From: Candidatus Kapaibacterium sp.
GTDB lineage: Bacteria; Bacteroidota; Ignavibacteria; Kapaibacteriales; UBA2268
Assembly: GCA_963664875.1 (NCBI GenBank)
Contig: OY761611.1
Location: 480,001-544,000 of the forward strand
Direction: 5' to 3'
DNA length: 64,000 nucleotides
This document shows positions 21,556 through 33,092 of the stretch, one piece after another. Numbering within the stretch: position 1 is the first letter of the stretch; each line of letters begins with the position of its first letter. The notes under the pieces are model-generated. The model saw only the letters and a list, made by a program, of their open reading frames with translations, did no database searches and had not been told where the DNA came from. The translations under genes and the position numbers were made by a program.

Positions 21556-22620
21556 CTATTTTTTGATACTTTGTTTGATTGTCAATTGATTTTGCATAAG
21601 ATATTGATTTTTCGTTATAATCAAATCAGTTTGACTGTATTTCAATCTGTTTTTTTGATTCCATTTTTCGAAATCTATATATTTCTTTGAATTATTTTTG
21701 AACCAACTTTGAAGCTCACTAATATTATTTGCTGCAAATATCCAAAAATCATATTCCTGAAGATGATTACTGCTTAGAACTGCCTTTAAATGTTTAAAAT
21801 ACCCATAGTCTGTCAATTCTTTGTCTTTAGTAATGCCTTCTACTAGTTTCTTTCTGATTTTTGTCAGTTCTTCAATAGTTTTAAATGGTTTAAGTTCTTT
21901 TTTTAGGGAAGCAACATATTTAGTAATTGGCTTCAGGTTCTTAGCAGTATCAAGATATTTGTCTAAATCTGACTTGTTTTTAGCTAAATATTTATAGTTT
22001 TTCCAGAGTAGTTTAGATATTTCTTCAAATTTGAAACTATCATAAGTTAGAAGAAGATAGTTTTCTGCAAAATATGCAGACCAAAATATCTCATTGCTTT
22101 CATGATAGTATTTAGCAAGATGATAATAGTTCAAATCGAGAGCAGGTTGAACGATAATCCCTGTTTCGAATAAAGTTTCTGCTTCATCATATTCTTCCGT
22201 AGCAATTTTACTTAATGCAAGTTCCATATACAATCTACCTGCATCAGGATATTTTTTTATTCCATTCTCGTAAATTGCGACTGACCTTTTGAAATTTCCA
22301 AGTTTTGCTTCGCAATTTCCAAGTAATTGGTAAATCCTTGGATTTTCAATGCCATGTTTTACTAAGGAATCGAGCATAATTCGGCATGGTTCATTTTTTT
22401 CAAGCTGATAAAGACAAAGTGCATATTCGTAAGGATACAACCAATGCTCAGGGTCTAATTCCATTGCTTTGTTTAATAGATCCATTGCCCTATCGTATTT
22501 ACCTTTTTCAATTAGCTGAATAGCTTCATGTCCGATATCGTATGCCTGTGCTTTTTCACGTTTCCCGGCACTTAGTACTGAAAGACTTACAACAAGCAAT
22601 AACACAATCATATATTTCAT
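21556..22620 (-). CDS. Exported tetratricopeptide-repeat protein
   Basis: Signal peptide MKYMIVLLL.. after a GGAG SD; several TPR units ('AMELDP', 'GIKKYP'). Confidence 0.75.
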   Translation of the reverse strand: MKYMIVLLLVVSLSVLSAGKREKAQAYDIGHEAIQLIEKGKYDRAMDLLNKAMELDPEHWLYPYEYALCLYQLEKNEPCRIMLDSLVKHGIENPRIYQLLGNCEAKLGNFKRSVAIYENGIKKYPDAGRLYMELALSKIATEEYDEAETLFETGIIVQPALDLNYYHLAKYYHESNEIFWSAYFAENYLLLTYDSFKFEEISKLLWKNYKYLAKNKSDLDKYLDTAKNLKPITKYVASLKKELKPFKTIEELTKIRKKLVEGITKDKELTDYGYFKHLKAVLSSNHLQEYDFWIFAANNISELQSWFKNNSKKYIDFEKWNQKNRLKYSQTDLIITKNQYLMQNQLTIKQSIKK

Positions 22621-22631
22621 AATAAACTCCA

Positions 22632-22673
22632 TAAATAAAAAAGCCATTCCCTACACTAATCATAGGGAATGGC
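22632..22673 (-). terminator. Intrinsic terminator after MCP
   Basis: GCCATTCCCTA(22643-22653)/TAGGGAATGGC(22663-22673) stem plus U-tract on the minus strand. Confidence 0.85.
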
Positions 22674-22692
22674 AAAATAAATAAAAATCTTT

Positions 22693-25600
22693 TTATCTAA
22701 GAAGTTTATTCTTTGTTCCTTGCAAAAATAACCTATCTTCCGAATTATTTGAAGAATGATGTCTATCAGCTAATCTGAATTTGGAAATTTCAGCAGCCAA
22801 CTCTTTAGTCATATTTTTTAGTTGATCGGACAAATTAGATACACCTTCTATCCTCTTTGCAGATTCGGATGTTACCTGAGATATTGATGATATGTTTTTA
22901 GAGATTTCTTCAGAAGTTGCTGATTGTTCTTCATTTGCGGAAGCCATCTGATTGACCATATCTTTTAAGCTTTTAGAACTGTTAACTATTTTCTTTAGTG
23001 CTTCTCCGGCATTATCAGCAAATGAAATACCATTATCAACTTCAATTTTGCCTTTGTGCATAGCATCAACTGCTTTTTGAGTTTCTTTTTGAACATCTAT
23101 TATCATAGTACTTATTTGTTTAGTAGCATCTGAAGTTCTTTCAGCTAACTTTCTGACTTCATCTGCAACAACAGCAAATCCTCTGCCCTGCTCTCCTGCA
23201 CGAGCCGCCTCAATTGCAGCATTTAAAGCTAAAAGATTGGTTTGGTCAGCTATCTCATCAATTACCGAAATGATTTCGCCAATTTTGCTTGAAGCTCTCC
23301 CCAATTCTTCGATTTGGTCAGCAGAATCAGAAACAACCGAGGCAATATCCTTCATTTTAGAAATAGTTTCTTGAACTATATTGCCTCCATTTTCAGCTAA
23401 TTTACCGTTTTCTGTTGCTAAATCAGAAGTTTTTTGTGAACTAATAGCATTTTGTGTAATCGTTGCAGAAAGCTCTTCTACAGCAGACGCGACTTCTTCA
23501 GCCTGAGAGCTTTGCTCTAGGGTTGCAGCTGCAAGTGCGTCTGTATTATTGCTTATTGTATTTGTTGAGTCATCGACTTTAACAACCATATTTTTTACAT
23601 TTGATAAAACATCATTCAACGAAATCAATAGAGAATTTTGCTTTTCTTTAAGTTTTTGATAGTCACCCTCATACTCACCTGTCATGAATATCGACAAATT
23701 TCCTGATTCCATAGTTTCTATAACAGCTAAGGATTCGTTAATAGGTGCAAGTACATTTTCCAAGATATTATTTACACCTTCCACAAGGTTTCGATAATCT
23801 CCATTGAAGGTTTTGGAATCAATTCTATATTTCAGGTTCCCTTTTTCTGCTTGTGCAACAAACATATTTACACTATTAAGTACAGAATTAATCGATTGGA
23901 ATGATGATAGTAAAGCGTTCGAAATTTTTCTGAAATTACTATATGCTACTTCTAAATGCTCATCTTGAGGCGTTTCCAATTCGAATTTGCAATCCAAACA
24001 ACCTTTACTTAGAGATTCTAAAGAAAGGATCAATTCTTCTGTTTTCTCAGTTTGATATTGAGAAATGTTTTGAGCTACTTTCATTTGATTTTTGACTGCT
24101 GTTTGATCAAATACAATTTCAAAAGCCCCTATAGTATTGTTATTTTTATCCCTGATTGGTACACCGGAATATAATACTTCTAACTTATGTTTACCCGGAC
24201 TTGCTATTGTTTCTGATGATTGAGGTCTGTTTGAATTCATCGTTTTCAAACAAGCACAGTTTTCGGTATTACAATCTTGCGTTTTAAAATGATTAAAACA
24301 TTTTGTGCCTTCTAATTCATAACCTTGTTTATTGTCTAATGAAGCCCCTGTTTCATTAAGGAAGAGAATGTTAAAGTCTTTGTCAATACTCATCAAAGGA
24401 GCGTTAATACTATCCAAAAGAGAAACAACAGCATCCATTGATGAATTAAGCCCTTGCATGATGTTTTTGTATTCTCCTGATAACTGATTTGCATCAATTC
24501 TGTAACGAAGTTTTCCATTGGAAATATTACTTACAAAACGATTAGCTCCCGAAATCATAGTATTTAAAGAATCAATACAGAGATTCAAATTGTTTTTGAT
24601 TTCGTTAAAATCACCTTTGTAATCTTCTGTAATTTTTGCAGGTATGTCTCCTTTAGAAATCCTATCTACATATTCAGCGGTTACATTCAATGGATGAATG
24701 ACAGCATCTAAAGTTTTATTTAGCCCTAACAATATAACCTGAAATTGTCCTTTGGCTTTTCTCTCATCTGCTCTTACGTCAAGAAGGCCATTAGATATTG
24801 AATTTGAAAGAGAATTTAATTCTACGGAAAGCATTTCTACAGAATTACCAATTTGATTGATAGAATTTGAAAATTTAGACAATTCTCCCGGTAAATCTTT
24901 CATTCTCTCACTTAAATCTCCGTTTGAATATTTAACTGCTATTTGTATAGTATCAGATAGATAATTATCTAATTTTCCAAATGCCATATTGATTTTTTGT
25001 AGTAATTCTTTATAAAAACCCTCATATTTTTTTGAAGGTGCCTGATAACTAATATTACCATCGGTTTGATTTTGATAGACTAAATCCAGTTCGTTATTCA
25101 ACGAAGAAATTGATTTGATAAGCAGATTGAGAGCACTTTTAATTCTGTCAAAATCGCCTTTGTAATTCTCATTTATGGTATCCGGAAGCACTCCATTACT
25201 AATTTGTTCGAGATAATTAATAGTTTTATCAATAGGATGAACCATTACTTCTATGCAACCGTTTATTTTGTTTAATATTTCTGAATAAACACCTTTTAGA
25301 TCGTTATTGTTTCTATAACTAAGATTCCCATTGTCAATCTCTGAAGTAAAAATATCTATTTGATTCAGAAGTGTTGTTTGTACTTTGACCATGGACTGAT
25401 AAGAAGCTACAAGCAGTCCTATTTCATCACTTGATTTTTGTTGTGCAAGAATCTTATATTGTTCATCATTGTCAAAATAACTAATATTTCCGCTTTCTAA
25501 AGCTTGATTTGCAGAAAGTATTATTGATAATTTATTTGAGACTATATATTTCACTACTAAAATCAAAGCGATATAAAGCAACAAAAACAGGCCACCTATA

Positions 25601-26529
25601 ACTATATTTATTACGAATACAAAATCAGAAACAGCTGCCATTTTTTTAGATATATCCTGCGAAAACAACATTATACCAATTGTTTTACCAGAGAAGTCCT
25701 TTAAAGGAATATAACTGGTTGCAGTATTATCTGAAATATCCGTAGTAATTTCAGATGAGGAGACTGTTTGTTTTAGATAGGCTTCTTTAATTATTTCCTT
25801 AGGTTTTATAGTTTCTATGCTGACTTTAGAAATTAAGTAGTCTCCAATTTCATCAGAGTAGTTTTCTTTAAGCTGTTCGGGTAAAAACAGCGAAGATGCG
25901 ATAGTTTTATTTACAGCATAAAATGCAAAATAGCTTGAATCGTTGCCGGTAAGAATTTTAATAATATCCATTGGATTATAGAACATTTCTACCGAACCTT
26001 TATAATCCTCATTCTTTAATATGGGTGCAATACCTCTAATTGCAAATCCACCTTTACCCAATTCTATTGCTTTAAGAGGTTTTTTTGTTTGATAAACATG
26101 CAAGATTGTATTTCTGAAGCCTGACAAGTCATCAAATCTTTTATTTGTCCAATTGCGATATAAACTTTTGGCAGGAGGCCTATGGAAATGCACCTTAAAA
26201 TCAGAATTCCCATTTTCTTCCGTTATAGATTCTCTAAGAGGGGCAACTGTTTTCTCAAGGGCATCTACTGCTAATTCATCAGGTAATTCATAAGCAGAAA
26301 TAACTTCTGCATTATTCGCGAAAAACAAAGAAGTTTCCAATGCTTTGCTTTGGTACTCTTCAATTAGTTTTGATAGCTTATTAGCATCAATATTTGCCTG
26401 CTTTTTTAAATCTTGAACTATCTGCTCATTCATTTTACTATCAATAAGATAAGTCGTAATTAGTAAAATGGATATAAAAAATGGAGTAAGCCACAAAAGA
26501 ATTTTTGTAGAAATCGTGTTGATTTTCAT
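22693..26529 (-). CDS. Methyl-accepting chemotaxis protein (dCache_3-like sensor, poly-HAMP, Cys-rich PAS)
   Basis: '[30 protein letters not shown]' Cache segment; HAMP repeats; PAS with 'KCF..DC....CAC'; '[26 protein letters not shown]'. Confidence 0.95.
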   Translation of the reverse strand: MKINTISTKILLWLTPFFISILLITTYLIDSKMNEQIVQDLKKQANIDANKLSKLIEEYQSKALETSLFFANNAEVISAYELPDELAVDALEKTVAPLRESITEENGNSDFKVHFHRPPAKSLYRNWTNKRFDDLSGFRNTILHVYQTKKPLKAIELGKGGFAIRGIAPILKNEDYKGSVEMFYNPMDIIKILTGNDSSYFAFYAVNKTIASSLFLPEQLKENYSDEIGDYLISKVSIETIKPKEIIKEAYLKQTVSSSEITTDISDNTATSYIPLKDFSGKTIGIMLFSQDISKKMAAVSDFVFVINIVIGGLFLLLYIALILVVKYIVSNKLSIILSANQALESGNISYFDNDEQYKILAQQKSSDEIGLLVASYQSMVKVQTTLLNQIDIFTSEIDNGNLSYRNNNDLKGVYSEILNKINGCIEVMVHPIDKTINYLEQISNGVLPDTINENYKGDFDRIKSALNLLIKSISSLNNELDLVYQNQTDGNISYQAPSKKYEGFYKELLQKINMAFGKLDNYLSDTIQIAVKYSNGDLSERMKDLPGELSKFSNSINQIGNSVEMLSVELNSLSNSISNGLLDVRADERKAKGQFQVILLGLNKTLDAVIHPLNVTAEYVDRISKGDIPAKITEDYKGDFNEIKNNLNLCIDSLNTMISGANRFVSNISNGKLRYRIDANQLSGEYKNIMQGLNSSMDAVVSLLDSINAPLMSIDKDFNILFLNETGASLDNKQGYELEGTKCFNHFKTQDCNTENCACLKTMNSNRPQSSETIASPGKHKLEVLYSGVPIRDKNNNTIGAFEIVFDQTAVKNQMKVAQNISQYQTEKTEELILSLESLSKGCLDCKFELETPQDEHLEVAYSNFRKISNALLSSFQSINSVLNSVNMFVAQAEKGNLKYRIDSKTFNGDYRNLVEGVNNILENVLAPINESLAVIETMESGNLSIFMTGEYEGDYQKLKEKQNSLLISLNDVLSNVKNMVVKVDDSTNTISNNTDALAAATLEQSSQAEEVASAVEELSATITQNAISSQKTSDLATENGKLAENGGNIVQETISKMKDIASVVSDSADQIEELGRASSKIGEIISVIDEIADQTNLLALNAAIEAARAGEQGRGFAVVADEVRKLAERTSDATKQISTMIIDVQKETQKAVDAMHKGKIEVDNGISFADNAGEALKKIVNSSKSLKDMVNQMASANEEQSATSEEISKNISSISQVTSESAKRIEGVSNLSDQLKNMTKELAAEISKFRLADRHHSSNNSEDRLFLQGTKNKLLR

Positions 26530-26562
26530 CTGAAAGTCCCTAAATATGAAAAACTATCGCTA

Positions 26563-26606
26563 CTAAACAAACAATTAGCCAACTGTTTAGATTGGCTAAT
26601 TGTTTG
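26563..26606 (-). terminator. Strong hairpin/terminator between two MCP genes
   Basis: 15-bp perfect stem CAAACAATTAGCCAA(26568-26582)/TTGGCTAATTGTTTG(26592-26606). Confidence 0.7.
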
Positions 26607-26621
26607 AATATTTTAATCATT

Positions 26622-29600
26622 TTAGAAATCGAAAATACTATCACCATTTGCAGACATTAGCTGTTTTCCGCTATCGCTATTATAATCAATCTGATTATCC
26701 TCATAATGTAGGTTACTTGTATCTTCTCTAAGCAGATTCTGTCCTGTATTCATTGCAGAAATTTTAAAGCGCTTCATTAGACTAAATAAATCATTAGTTA
26801 AGCGAGATAATTCCTCTGCCGAGCGAGCAACATTTTCAATCCTAGAAGCAGATTCTGAAGTAACTTTTGATATAGACTGTACATTTTTACTAATTTGTTC
26901 GCTGGTAGCAGACTGTTCTTCACTAGCTGCTGCAATTTGATTTATCATGTCCATCACATCAGTAGTGCTGGATAATATTTCTTCTAAAGATTCACCAGCT
27001 TTGTCTGCGAGATCAATACCTGAATTGACTTCTTCGTTACCTTTATTCATAGCTTTAACTGCTTCGGAAGTTTCTTCTTGAATGCCTTTTATCATACCTG
27101 CGATTTGTTTTGTAGCTTCCGTTGTCCTTTCAGCAAGTTTTCTGACTTCATCAGCCACAACCGCAAAACCTCTTCCCTGTTCTCCTGCTCTCGCTGCCTC
27201 AATAGCTGCATTAAGAGCCAATAAATTAGTTTGATCAGCAATGTCATCAATTACAGATATAATTTCTCCAATTTGTTTACTTGACTCGCCCAGTTTTTCT
27301 ATATTATCTGCTGATTTTTTGACTACATTAGCAATATCACGCATTTTTAATATAGTCTGCTTAACAACTTTACCACCTTCTTTTGCCACATCACCGTTTT
27401 TCTGAGCAACTTCTGCTGTTTTGTTAGCACTCATTGCATTTTCTGTAACTGTTCGGGACATTTGCTCTACTGCTGAAGCAACTTCGTCAGATTGAGCAGA
27501 TTGTTCCTGTGTTGCCGCAGCTAAAGATTCGGAAGTATGAGTAATTTCTTCTGATGAATTAGCAGTTATCTTCACAGTATCCTGAACTTGGAACAGCAAT
27601 GCATTTAGTGATTCTGTTACTTTGTTAATATTATCTTTGAGAGCCTGGTGGTCACCTTTATAATTCCCTGTCATTCTATGAGTAAGATCGCCTGTTGCCA
27701 TCACTCTTAATACTTTCGTAGCTTCTTCTATAGGTTCTACTACTGCCTGTATTAAGTCATTGATGCCTTCTACTAAATCTGCCCATCCACCTTGGAATTT
27801 GTCAACCGAACCTCTTGCTTTCAGGTTGCCCTCTTTTGCAGCTTTTACGAGCTTTTCAATTTCTCTATTAAAATTGATAAGATTCATTCTAAGCTCGTCT
27901 AAAGTGTCTTTAATAAATGCCTTTTTGCCAGGTAATTCAGGACATACTTTATCAAAATTACCTTGTCCGTATTCTTTCGCAATTGACATTGCCATTTTTT
28001 TGACATTTATATGACCTTTGACCATTTCATTTACGCCAACTGCCATATCATAGTAAGCACCTTGATATTTTGAAATATCCATTACAACATCAATCTCTCC
28101 TAAATCATGTTGATTGCTCATATATTTCATATCGGAAATATATTCACTTAGACTAGAAATAAGCTGATTTATATTCTGTTTTATTTCATTAAAATCGCCA
28201 TAATAGGTGTCTGTAATCTGAGGTGGAATGTCACCTTTAGATATTCTATCTACATATTCAGCAGTTACGTTTAGCGGTGCAACCATAGCATCTACTAATT
28301 CATTTACTCCCTGAACTAAGTTACCCCAATCCCCCACAAATTTTCTACTGTCTGCTCTTGTGTCAAGTTGACCATTTTTTGCTGCTTTTATTAGACTATT
28401 TGTTTCATGAAGAAGGCCACTCATTACATCTATAGTACTGTTTAGGTTGTTTTTAATTTCGTTAAAATCACCTTTATACTCATCAACAATTTTCGGCGGG
28501 ATATCACCTTTGGATATTCTATCCACATACTCAGCAGTTACATTCAATGGAGCTACCATAGCATCTACCAATTCGTTAACTCCCTGAACTAAACTTCCCC
28601 AGTCACCAACAAACTTTTGACTTTCTGCTCTAACATCTAATTGTCCGTTTTTGGCAGCTCTTATCAGCATATTTGTATCTTTGAGCAAGCCGGACATTAC
28701 ATCTATAGTACCGTTTAGATTGTTTTTAATTTCGTTGAAGTCGCCTTTGTATTCATCTACTATTTTTGGAGGGATGTCACCTTTTGATATTCTATCCACA
28801 TACTCAGCAGTTACATTCAATGGAGCTACCATAGCATCTACCAATTCGTTAACTCCCTGAACTAAGCTACCCCAGTCACCAACAAACTTTTGACTTTCTG
28901 CTCTAACATCTAATTGTCCGTTTTTAGCAGCTCTTATCAGCATATTTGTTTCTTTTAGCAAACCGGACATTACATCAATTGTTCCATTTAGATTGTTTTT
29001 GATTTCATTGAAATCACCTTTGTATTCATCTACTATTTTTGGAGGGATATCGCCTTTTGAGATTCTATCTACATATTCTGCAGTTACATTTAGTGGAGCA
29101 ATTACAGCGTCTAAAGTTTTGTTAAAACCTTCCATAATTGTAGCGTATTCACCTTTGTAATCTTTCACATTAGCACGTTTATCGAGTTTTCCTTCCACAG
29201 CAGCCTGAGCAGTCTCATTCAATTCTTTTACCATATTTTTAATGCTGTTTGCCATCTGAGCCATTGCTTTTAATAAAGTAGCCACTTCGTCTTTTTGATC
29301 AGTTGACAAATCAATATCTATTTGACCTTTAGCAATGGAATTAGCTGCATCTACAGCTCGAGAGAGAGGTTTTGTAATGCTTCTGATAGTTACAAGAGCA
29401 ACAATAATTCCAAGAAGTGATGCTATAATCCCAATGATATAAACCATATTATTAGCATTTGATTGGGCTTCATGTGCTAAATTTGCAGATTCGATTTGTA
29501 GTTTCTCCTGAAAGGCAATTATTGTATTGATATCTGCCAAGTGTTTTGCCTGAGATTCTCTAACTTTTGTAAACAAAATAGCAGTTGCAATTTTATCAGC

Positions 29601-30011
29601 TTCAACTGTATTTTTTTGAGCATATTCGATAGCTTCATTTCTGTCCTTGACAAATGTAGCCCGATTTTTTTCAAATTCAGCAAGAAGCCTCTTGCCTTCA
29701 TCTGATTTTATAGTGTTATGCAACGAATCTGCATTCATTTGAATGGTGTTAGATGCATTTGAAACGCGAGTAATTTGTTCCTTAATTTTTTCGATATCAT
29801 CGAGCATGACTATATTTCTTATTGATCTTGCTTGCAAATTTACAGCATCAATGATATTGTTAGCATATTTGACTTTTGGCATTCGATCATTCACTAACAA
29901 ATCTAACTCTTTGTTAATCGACCCCATTCCATTGATACTAACCAAAATGATAGCTATAATTGAAACTATCAGTAAAGCAAATCCAAGAGTAAGTTTAACC
30001 GTGATTTTCAT
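26622..30011 (-). CDS. Methyl-accepting chemotaxis protein (four-helix sensor, tandem-expanded poly-HAMP)
   Basis: N-terminus paralogous to the 15468 MCP; 91-aa repeats; signalling tip [17 protein letters not shown]; likely start ATG 30011 after GGGGTG. Confidence 0.96.
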   Translation of the reverse strand: MKITVKLTLGFALLIVSIIAIILVSINGMGSINKELDLLVNDRMPKVKYANNIIDAVNLQARSIRNIVMLDDIEKIKEQITRVSNASNTIQMNADSLHNTIKSDEGKRLLAEFEKNRATFVKDRNEAIEYAQKNTVEADKIATAILFTKVRESQAKHLADINTIIAFQEKLQIESANLAHEAQSNANNMVYIIGIIASLLGIIVALVTIRSITKPLSRAVDAANSIAKGQIDIDLSTDQKDEVATLLKAMAQMANSIKNMVKELNETAQAAVEGKLDKRANVKDYKGEYATIMEGFNKTLDAVIAPLNVTAEYVDRISKGDIPPKIVDEYKGDFNEIKNNLNGTIDVMSGLLKETNMLIRAAKNGQLDVRAESQKFVGDWGSLVQGVNELVDAMVAPLNVTAEYVDRISKGDIPPKIVDEYKGDFNEIKNNLNGTIDVMSGLLKDTNMLIRAAKNGQLDVRAESQKFVGDWGSLVQGVNELVDAMVAPLNVTAEYVDRISKGDIPPKIVDEYKGDFNEIKNNLNSTIDVMSGLLHETNSLIKAAKNGQLDTRADSRKFVGDWGNLVQGVNELVDAMVAPLNVTAEYVDRISKGDIPPQITDTYYGDFNEIKQNINQLISSLSEYISDMKYMSNQHDLGEIDVVMDISKYQGAYYDMAVGVNEMVKGHINVKKMAMSIAKEYGQGNFDKVCPELPGKKAFIKDTLDELRMNLINFNREIEKLVKAAKEGNLKARGSVDKFQGGWADLVEGINDLIQAVVEPIEEATKVLRVMATGDLTHRMTGNYKGDHQALKDNINKVTESLNALLFQVQDTVKITANSSEEITHTSESLAAATQEQSAQSDEVASAVEQMSRTVTENAMSANKTAEVAQKNGDVAKEGGKVVKQTILKMRDIANVVKKSADNIEKLGESSKQIGEIISVIDDIADQTNLLALNAAIEAARAGEQGRGFAVVADEVRKLAERTTEATKQIAGMIKGIQEETSEAVKAMNKGNEEVNSGIDLADKAGESLEEILSSTTDVMDMINQIAAASEEQSATSEQISKNVQSISKVTSESASRIENVARSAEELSRLTNDLFSLMKRFKISAMNTGQNLLREDTSNLHYEDNQIDYNSDSGKQLMSANGDSIFDF
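28180..29120 (-). repeat. Intragenic tandem repeat with 273-bp (91-aa) period, three full units plus partial
   Basis: Equivalent positions at 28258, 28531, 28804 and 29077; about 79 identical nt between 28513-28592 and 28786-28865. Confidence 0.95.
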
Positions 30012-30094
30012 ATCACACCCCAGTATATATAAAACCATAATTATATGACCGAGTTAAAGTCATCTACTTATTTACACTGAACAGCATAAATAAA

Positions 30095-30121
30095 TAATCG
30101 GTATATTTATAATACGGTGTA
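30095..30121 (-). promoter_or_regulatory. Putative sigma-28 (FliA)-type promoter for the MCP
   Basis: TACA-N15-ACCGATTA compared with consensus TAAA-N15-GCCGATAA. Confidence 0.4.
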
Positions 30122-30123
30122 GC

Positions 30124-30723
30124 TTACTTAATTATTTTACTGGATATGATATTTTTATATGTGTTTTCTAAAATATATTTGACATTTTCTGTCAGGGGAT
30201 CATCATGGCCGGAATAAACTATTTGAATATCTTTTTCTAAAAGATTTTCGATGACTTTTACATATTCTATTGTGTAAGAGCCACCGGGTGATTTGATATT
30301 TATAGCAGTGTCGCCGGAAAACAGTATTTTTTCATGTGGAAAATAGATGCATGCAGAATCATGCGAATGACCTGGAGTATGAAGGATTTCTGCATAAGTG
30401 TCACCGACTTTGATTTGCATACCATCACGGAGTACGTCAGTAACTCCGCTTATCTTTGAAAATGCATAAACTTTCGGGTTGTAATGTTCAATAATGTATT
30501 TTAAACCTCCTGTATGATCAAAATGTTCGTGTGTTAGGATTACCTGCTCTACTCTTTTTTTTCCAACTCCCGTAGAAATGGTTTGCAATTCGTTTAGAAT
30601 GAAGCCATTAGTACCAACATCTATCAAAGTGTTTACATCAGAGATGGCGTTCCAGTCACCTCTGATTAGATAAACATTACAAGTGTAAGTATTAGGGTCT
30701 TTATGGAATAGAGTTACTTTCAT
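30124..30723 (-). CDS. Metallo-beta-lactamase-fold hydrolase
   Basis: 'THEHFDH' (HxHxDH), 'HTPGHS', 'SGD', 'SGH'; no signal peptide. Confidence 0.92.
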   Translation of the reverse strand: MKVTLFHKDPNTYTCNVYLIRGDWNAISDVNTLIDVGTNGFILNELQTISTGVGKKRVEQVILTHEHFDHTGGLKYIIEHYNPKVYAFSKISGVTDVLRDGMQIKVGDTYAEILHTPGHSHDSACIYFPHEKILFSGDTAINIKSPGGSYTIEYVKVIENLLEKDIQIVYSGHDDPLTENVKYILENTYKNIISSKIIK

Positions 30724-31337
30724 TATATTTTTTTGTATAAGTTTGCATCGCTGACTATTTTTTCAAACATACCCTTACATTCTTCAGGTAGAGCTTGCGT
30801 TTGTTCCGATACAAAGAATCCGCCGGGATTTAGTACTTTATGGAACATTTTTATTACTTCAACTCTTTCTTCAGGTTTGAAGTGAAGTAGTACATTTTTG
30901 CATATAATGGCATCAAAATTTTCTTCAATTGGCTTTAATGTAAGTAAATCATGCCAGTAATATATAAGTCTGCTTTTGATATTATGATCAAGCTCATAAT
31001 TACCATCATCTGTTTGAGCAAAGTATTTTTCTAATATTCCTTCTGGCATTCTTGATAAGTCTGATAATGGGTACTTGGCTTGTTTGACAATTTGTTCAAA
31101 ATTCCCGGATTCGTCAATATCCGTTGCTATAATATTTATTTTTTTGAATCCGAAATAGCCCATTTTTTCAGCCATGATTAGAGCAAAAGTATAAGGTTCC
31201 GGTCCCATTGCACATCCGGCATCCCATACTTTAATACTGGATTTTGCTCCAAAATCGTTGATAATATTGTTTGCTAAATGTTCTAAAGTATGTCTGTCTC
31301 TAAAGAAAAAAGTAAAAGCCATTTTTTTGTTTCTCAT
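30723..31337 (-). CDS. cheR: CheR-family SAM-dependent methyltransferase lacking the N-terminal domain
   Basis: 'TFFFRD', 'VWDAGCAMGPEPYT', 'ATDID', 'HDLL', 'ICKNVLLHF', 'LNPGG'; alternative start at 31322. Confidence 0.88.
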   Translation of the reverse strand: MRNKKMAFTFFFRDRHTLEHLANNIINDFGAKSSIKVWDAGCAMGPEPYTFALIMAEKMGYFGFKKINIIATDIDESGNFEQIVKQAKYPLSDLSRMPEGILEKYFAQTDDGNYELDHNIKSRLIYYWHDLLTLKPIEENFDAIICKNVLLHFKPEERVEVIKMFHKVLNPGGFFVSEQTQALPEECKGMFEKIVSDANLYKKI

Positions 31338-31407
31338 GAATTTGATAAATCTTAAAACAATATATTCAATTTAAAGGTAATTTACAAGTAACTGGACGAA
31401 TAATATA

Positions 31408-31435
31408 TAAAAAAAGAGAGTACGAATACTCTCTT
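31408..31435 (-). terminator. Intrinsic terminator after purH
   Basis: AAGAGAGTA/TACTCTCTT stem with a UUCG loop on the minus strand, plus U-tract. Confidence 0.85.
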
Positions 31436-31466
31436 AATAAAATCTTTGTCTTACTAATTCAAAGGC

Positions 31467-33017
31467 TTAGTGTTTAAAATGACGCATACCGGTGAATATC
31501 ATTGCAATATTATTTTCATCGGCAGCTTTGATAACTTCTTCATCTCGAACTGAGCCACCCGGTTGGATAATTGCAGTAACTCCAGCTTTAGCAGCTTCAA
31601 TTAAACCATCTGCAAACGGGAAAAATGCATCAGAAGCCAATACACTGTTCTCTAAGTTCAAGTTCATTAGTTTTGCCTTTTCTACTGCAATTCTGGATGA
31701 ATCAACTCTTGACATTTGACCTGCACCAATACCTAATGTTCTGTCATGAGAAGCATAAACAATTGCATTAGATTTGACATGTTTACAAACTTTCCAAGCA
31801 AACTGCAATCCTTGCATTTCTGATTCTGTAGGTTGTCGCTTTGTAACAACTTTGTAGCCTTCGTCAGAGAGCAAAAGTTTGTCAGTTTCCTGCATTAAAA
31901 CGCCTCCTACGACACTCTTATATTCAAAAGCCAAATTGTCTTTGATGATGTCAAATTCTACTTTAATAAGTCGTCTGTCGCGTTTCTTAGTAAGTATTTC
32001 CAAAGCTTCTTCGGTATAGTCAGGAGCAACAATAATTTCAGAAAAAATACCATGTACTGTTTCTGCAAATTCTTTATCAACTATACGATTAACTGCAAAG
32101 ATTCCACCAAAAGGCGAAACTGTATCGGTTTCAAAAGCTTTGTGATAAGCTTCTGTAATATTATTACCGATGCCGACTCCACAAGGGTTAGTGTGTTTAA
32201 TAAGTGCCACTGCAGGTTCTTCAAATTCGATAATAATCTGTGCTGCAGCACTTAAATCTATAATATTATTGTATGATAACTCTTTTCCGTGCAATTGCTG
32301 GAATATATTATAGAAATTTGCACCAAACAATGTAGCCGCTTGATGTGGATTCTCTCCGTATCTTAAATCTTGTGCTTTTTTTAATCCTAAACCATATTGG
32401 CAGCTTTGTTTTTCTGAATATGAACGCATATAGTCAGATATTACTGAATCGTAGTATGAAGTCAATGAATAGACTTCAGCAGCTAATTTTGCTCTTAATC
32501 CAAGAGAAATAGTATTGTTTTCTGCCATTTCTTTTAAAATAGTTTCGTAGCAATTAGGATTAACAACTGTTGCAGTCCATTTGTAGTTCTTTGCAGCTGC
32601 TCTAAGCATTGCAGGTCCACCAATATCAATATTTTCAATCATATCTTCATGAGTAGAATCAGCTTTTGCAAGAGTTTCTTCGAACGGATATAAATTAACA
32701 ACCAATAAGTCAATTGAATTTATATTATGTTCTTCCATTTGCTTTATGTGGCTTTCTTTACCTAAATCTGCAAGTAAACCTGCATGGACATTTGGGTGTA
32801 AAGTTTTTACACGTCCATCCATTATTTCAGGAAAATTTGTAATTTCACTAACTGATTTCACTGGTATATTATTCTCTTTTAGAAGTTTCGCTGTTCCTCC
32901 TGTGGAATAGATAGAAACATTCTTGTTAGATAGTCCTCTGGCAAAATCAATTATTCCTGTTTTGTCAGAAACTGAAATAAGAGCAGTTTTAATTACATGA
33001 GTATCAGGAGTATTCAT
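31467..33017 (-). CDS. purH: Bifunctional AICAR transformylase/IMP cyclohydrolase
   Basis: '[10 protein letters not shown]', 'GRVKTLHP', 'IDIGGP', 'LRYGENPHQ', 'KHTNPCG', 'ASDAFFPF', 'TGMRHFKH'. Confidence 0.99.
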   Translation of the reverse strand: MNTPDTHVIKTALISVSDKTGIIDFARGLSNKNVSIYSTGGTAKLLKENNIPVKSVSEITNFPEIMDGRVKTLHPNVHAGLLADLGKESHIKQMEEHNINSIDLLVVNLYPFEETLAKADSTHEDMIENIDIGGPAMLRAAAKNYKWTATVVNPNCYETILKEMAENNTISLGLRAKLAAEVYSLTSYYDSVISDYMRSYSEKQSCQYGLGLKKAQDLRYGENPHQAATLFGANFYNIFQQLHGKELSYNNIIDLSAAAQIIIEFEEPAVALIKHTNPCGVGIGNNITEAYHKAFETDTVSPFGGIFAVNRIVDKEFAETVHGIFSEIIVAPDYTEEALEILTKKRDRRLIKVEFDIIKDNLAFEYKSVVGGVLMQETDKLLLSDEGYKVVTKRQPTESEMQGLQFAWKVCKHVKSNAIVYASHDRTLGIGAGQMSRVDSSRIAVEKAKLMNLNLENSVLASDAFFPFADGLIEAAKAGVTAIIQPGGSVRDEEVIKAADENNIAMIFTGMRHFKH

Positions 33018-33092
33018 AAGTACAAACCTCGGTTTATAGTCTTTACAATTTTTTATCTTTACAAATAAAATAAATATTTTATAGAGATGATA

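Noticed and set aside
28180-29120. Tandem repeat as a CRISPR array or mobile element
   Set aside because: In-frame 273-bp coding repeats with synonymous variation; no spacers and no cas or transposase genes
30040-30110. c-di-GMP riboswitch in the MCP leader
   Set aside because: No GEMM-type conserved motifs; only simple AT-rich stems
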